A DNA stretch of 64,000 bases, taken from positions 320,354,001 through 320,418,000 of the forward strand of contig OZ024742.1 of NCBI GenBank assembly GCA_964016885.1, given 5' to 3'. Positions 63,849 through 64,000 of this stretch are shown here, one piece after another (within the stretch, counting starts at the first letter, position 1; every line of letters starts with the position of its first letter). A model generated the notes under the pieces. It did no database searches, was not told the origin of the DNA, and saw only the letters and a list, made by a program, of their open reading frames with translations. A program made the translations under genes and the position numbers. The stretch comes from Eledone cirrhosa (taxonomy: Eukaryota).

Positions 63849-64000
63849 GTACACACATCTAGGACCACATAATCAAATAATACACACATCTAGGACCATG
63901 TACAACACATAAGCAGGTAATACACACATCTTGGATCACATGCAACACATAAGGAAGTAGCACACACATCTAGGACTACATACAACACACAGGCAGGTAA
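63849..64000. repeat. ~40 bp minisatellite running off the window end
   Basis: Four units beginning (t/c)acacacatct(a/t)gga, following a poly-A at 63810-63836. Confidence 0.9.

Noticed and set aside
63849-64000. Repeat-spacer appearance suggesting CRISPR
   Set aside because: The intervening segments resemble each other and the context is eukaryotic; it is a minisatellite.

Overview
Animal genomic DNA: AT-rich, microsatellite-rich and dense in repeats. The repeat families resemble those of an octopod cephalopod (inference). The left ~45 kb is the minus-strand mucolipin/TRPML lysosomal cation channel gene. Eleven GT-AG coding exons (31358 down to 8085) splice in phase into 527 codons. The last exon was not found and probably lies left of the window; the promoter is probably near 44.6-45 kb. 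The introns hold a near full-length CR1-clade LINE (PHD-finger ORF1, APE-RT ORF2), RTE-clade LINEs and their short 3'-tail derivatives, TTAA piggyBac-type MITEs, and a nested foldback/CR1/RTE stack. The right 19 kb is intergenic. It holds a complete 6.3 kb Helitron with both termini, plus fragments of CRE-like, Tx1/L1, RTE, a second Helitron, mariner and hAT elements. Best leads: a -1 ribosomal frameshift heptamer that is the only AUG-independent entry I can see into the CR1 ORF2; a sense-oriented minimal hammerhead ribozyme in a mucolipin intron; inverted CR1 copies flanking the pore exon; a long foldback element with nested insertions; a ~450 nt hairpin-rich non-coding segment; and a CpG-depletion boundary marking the gene body.
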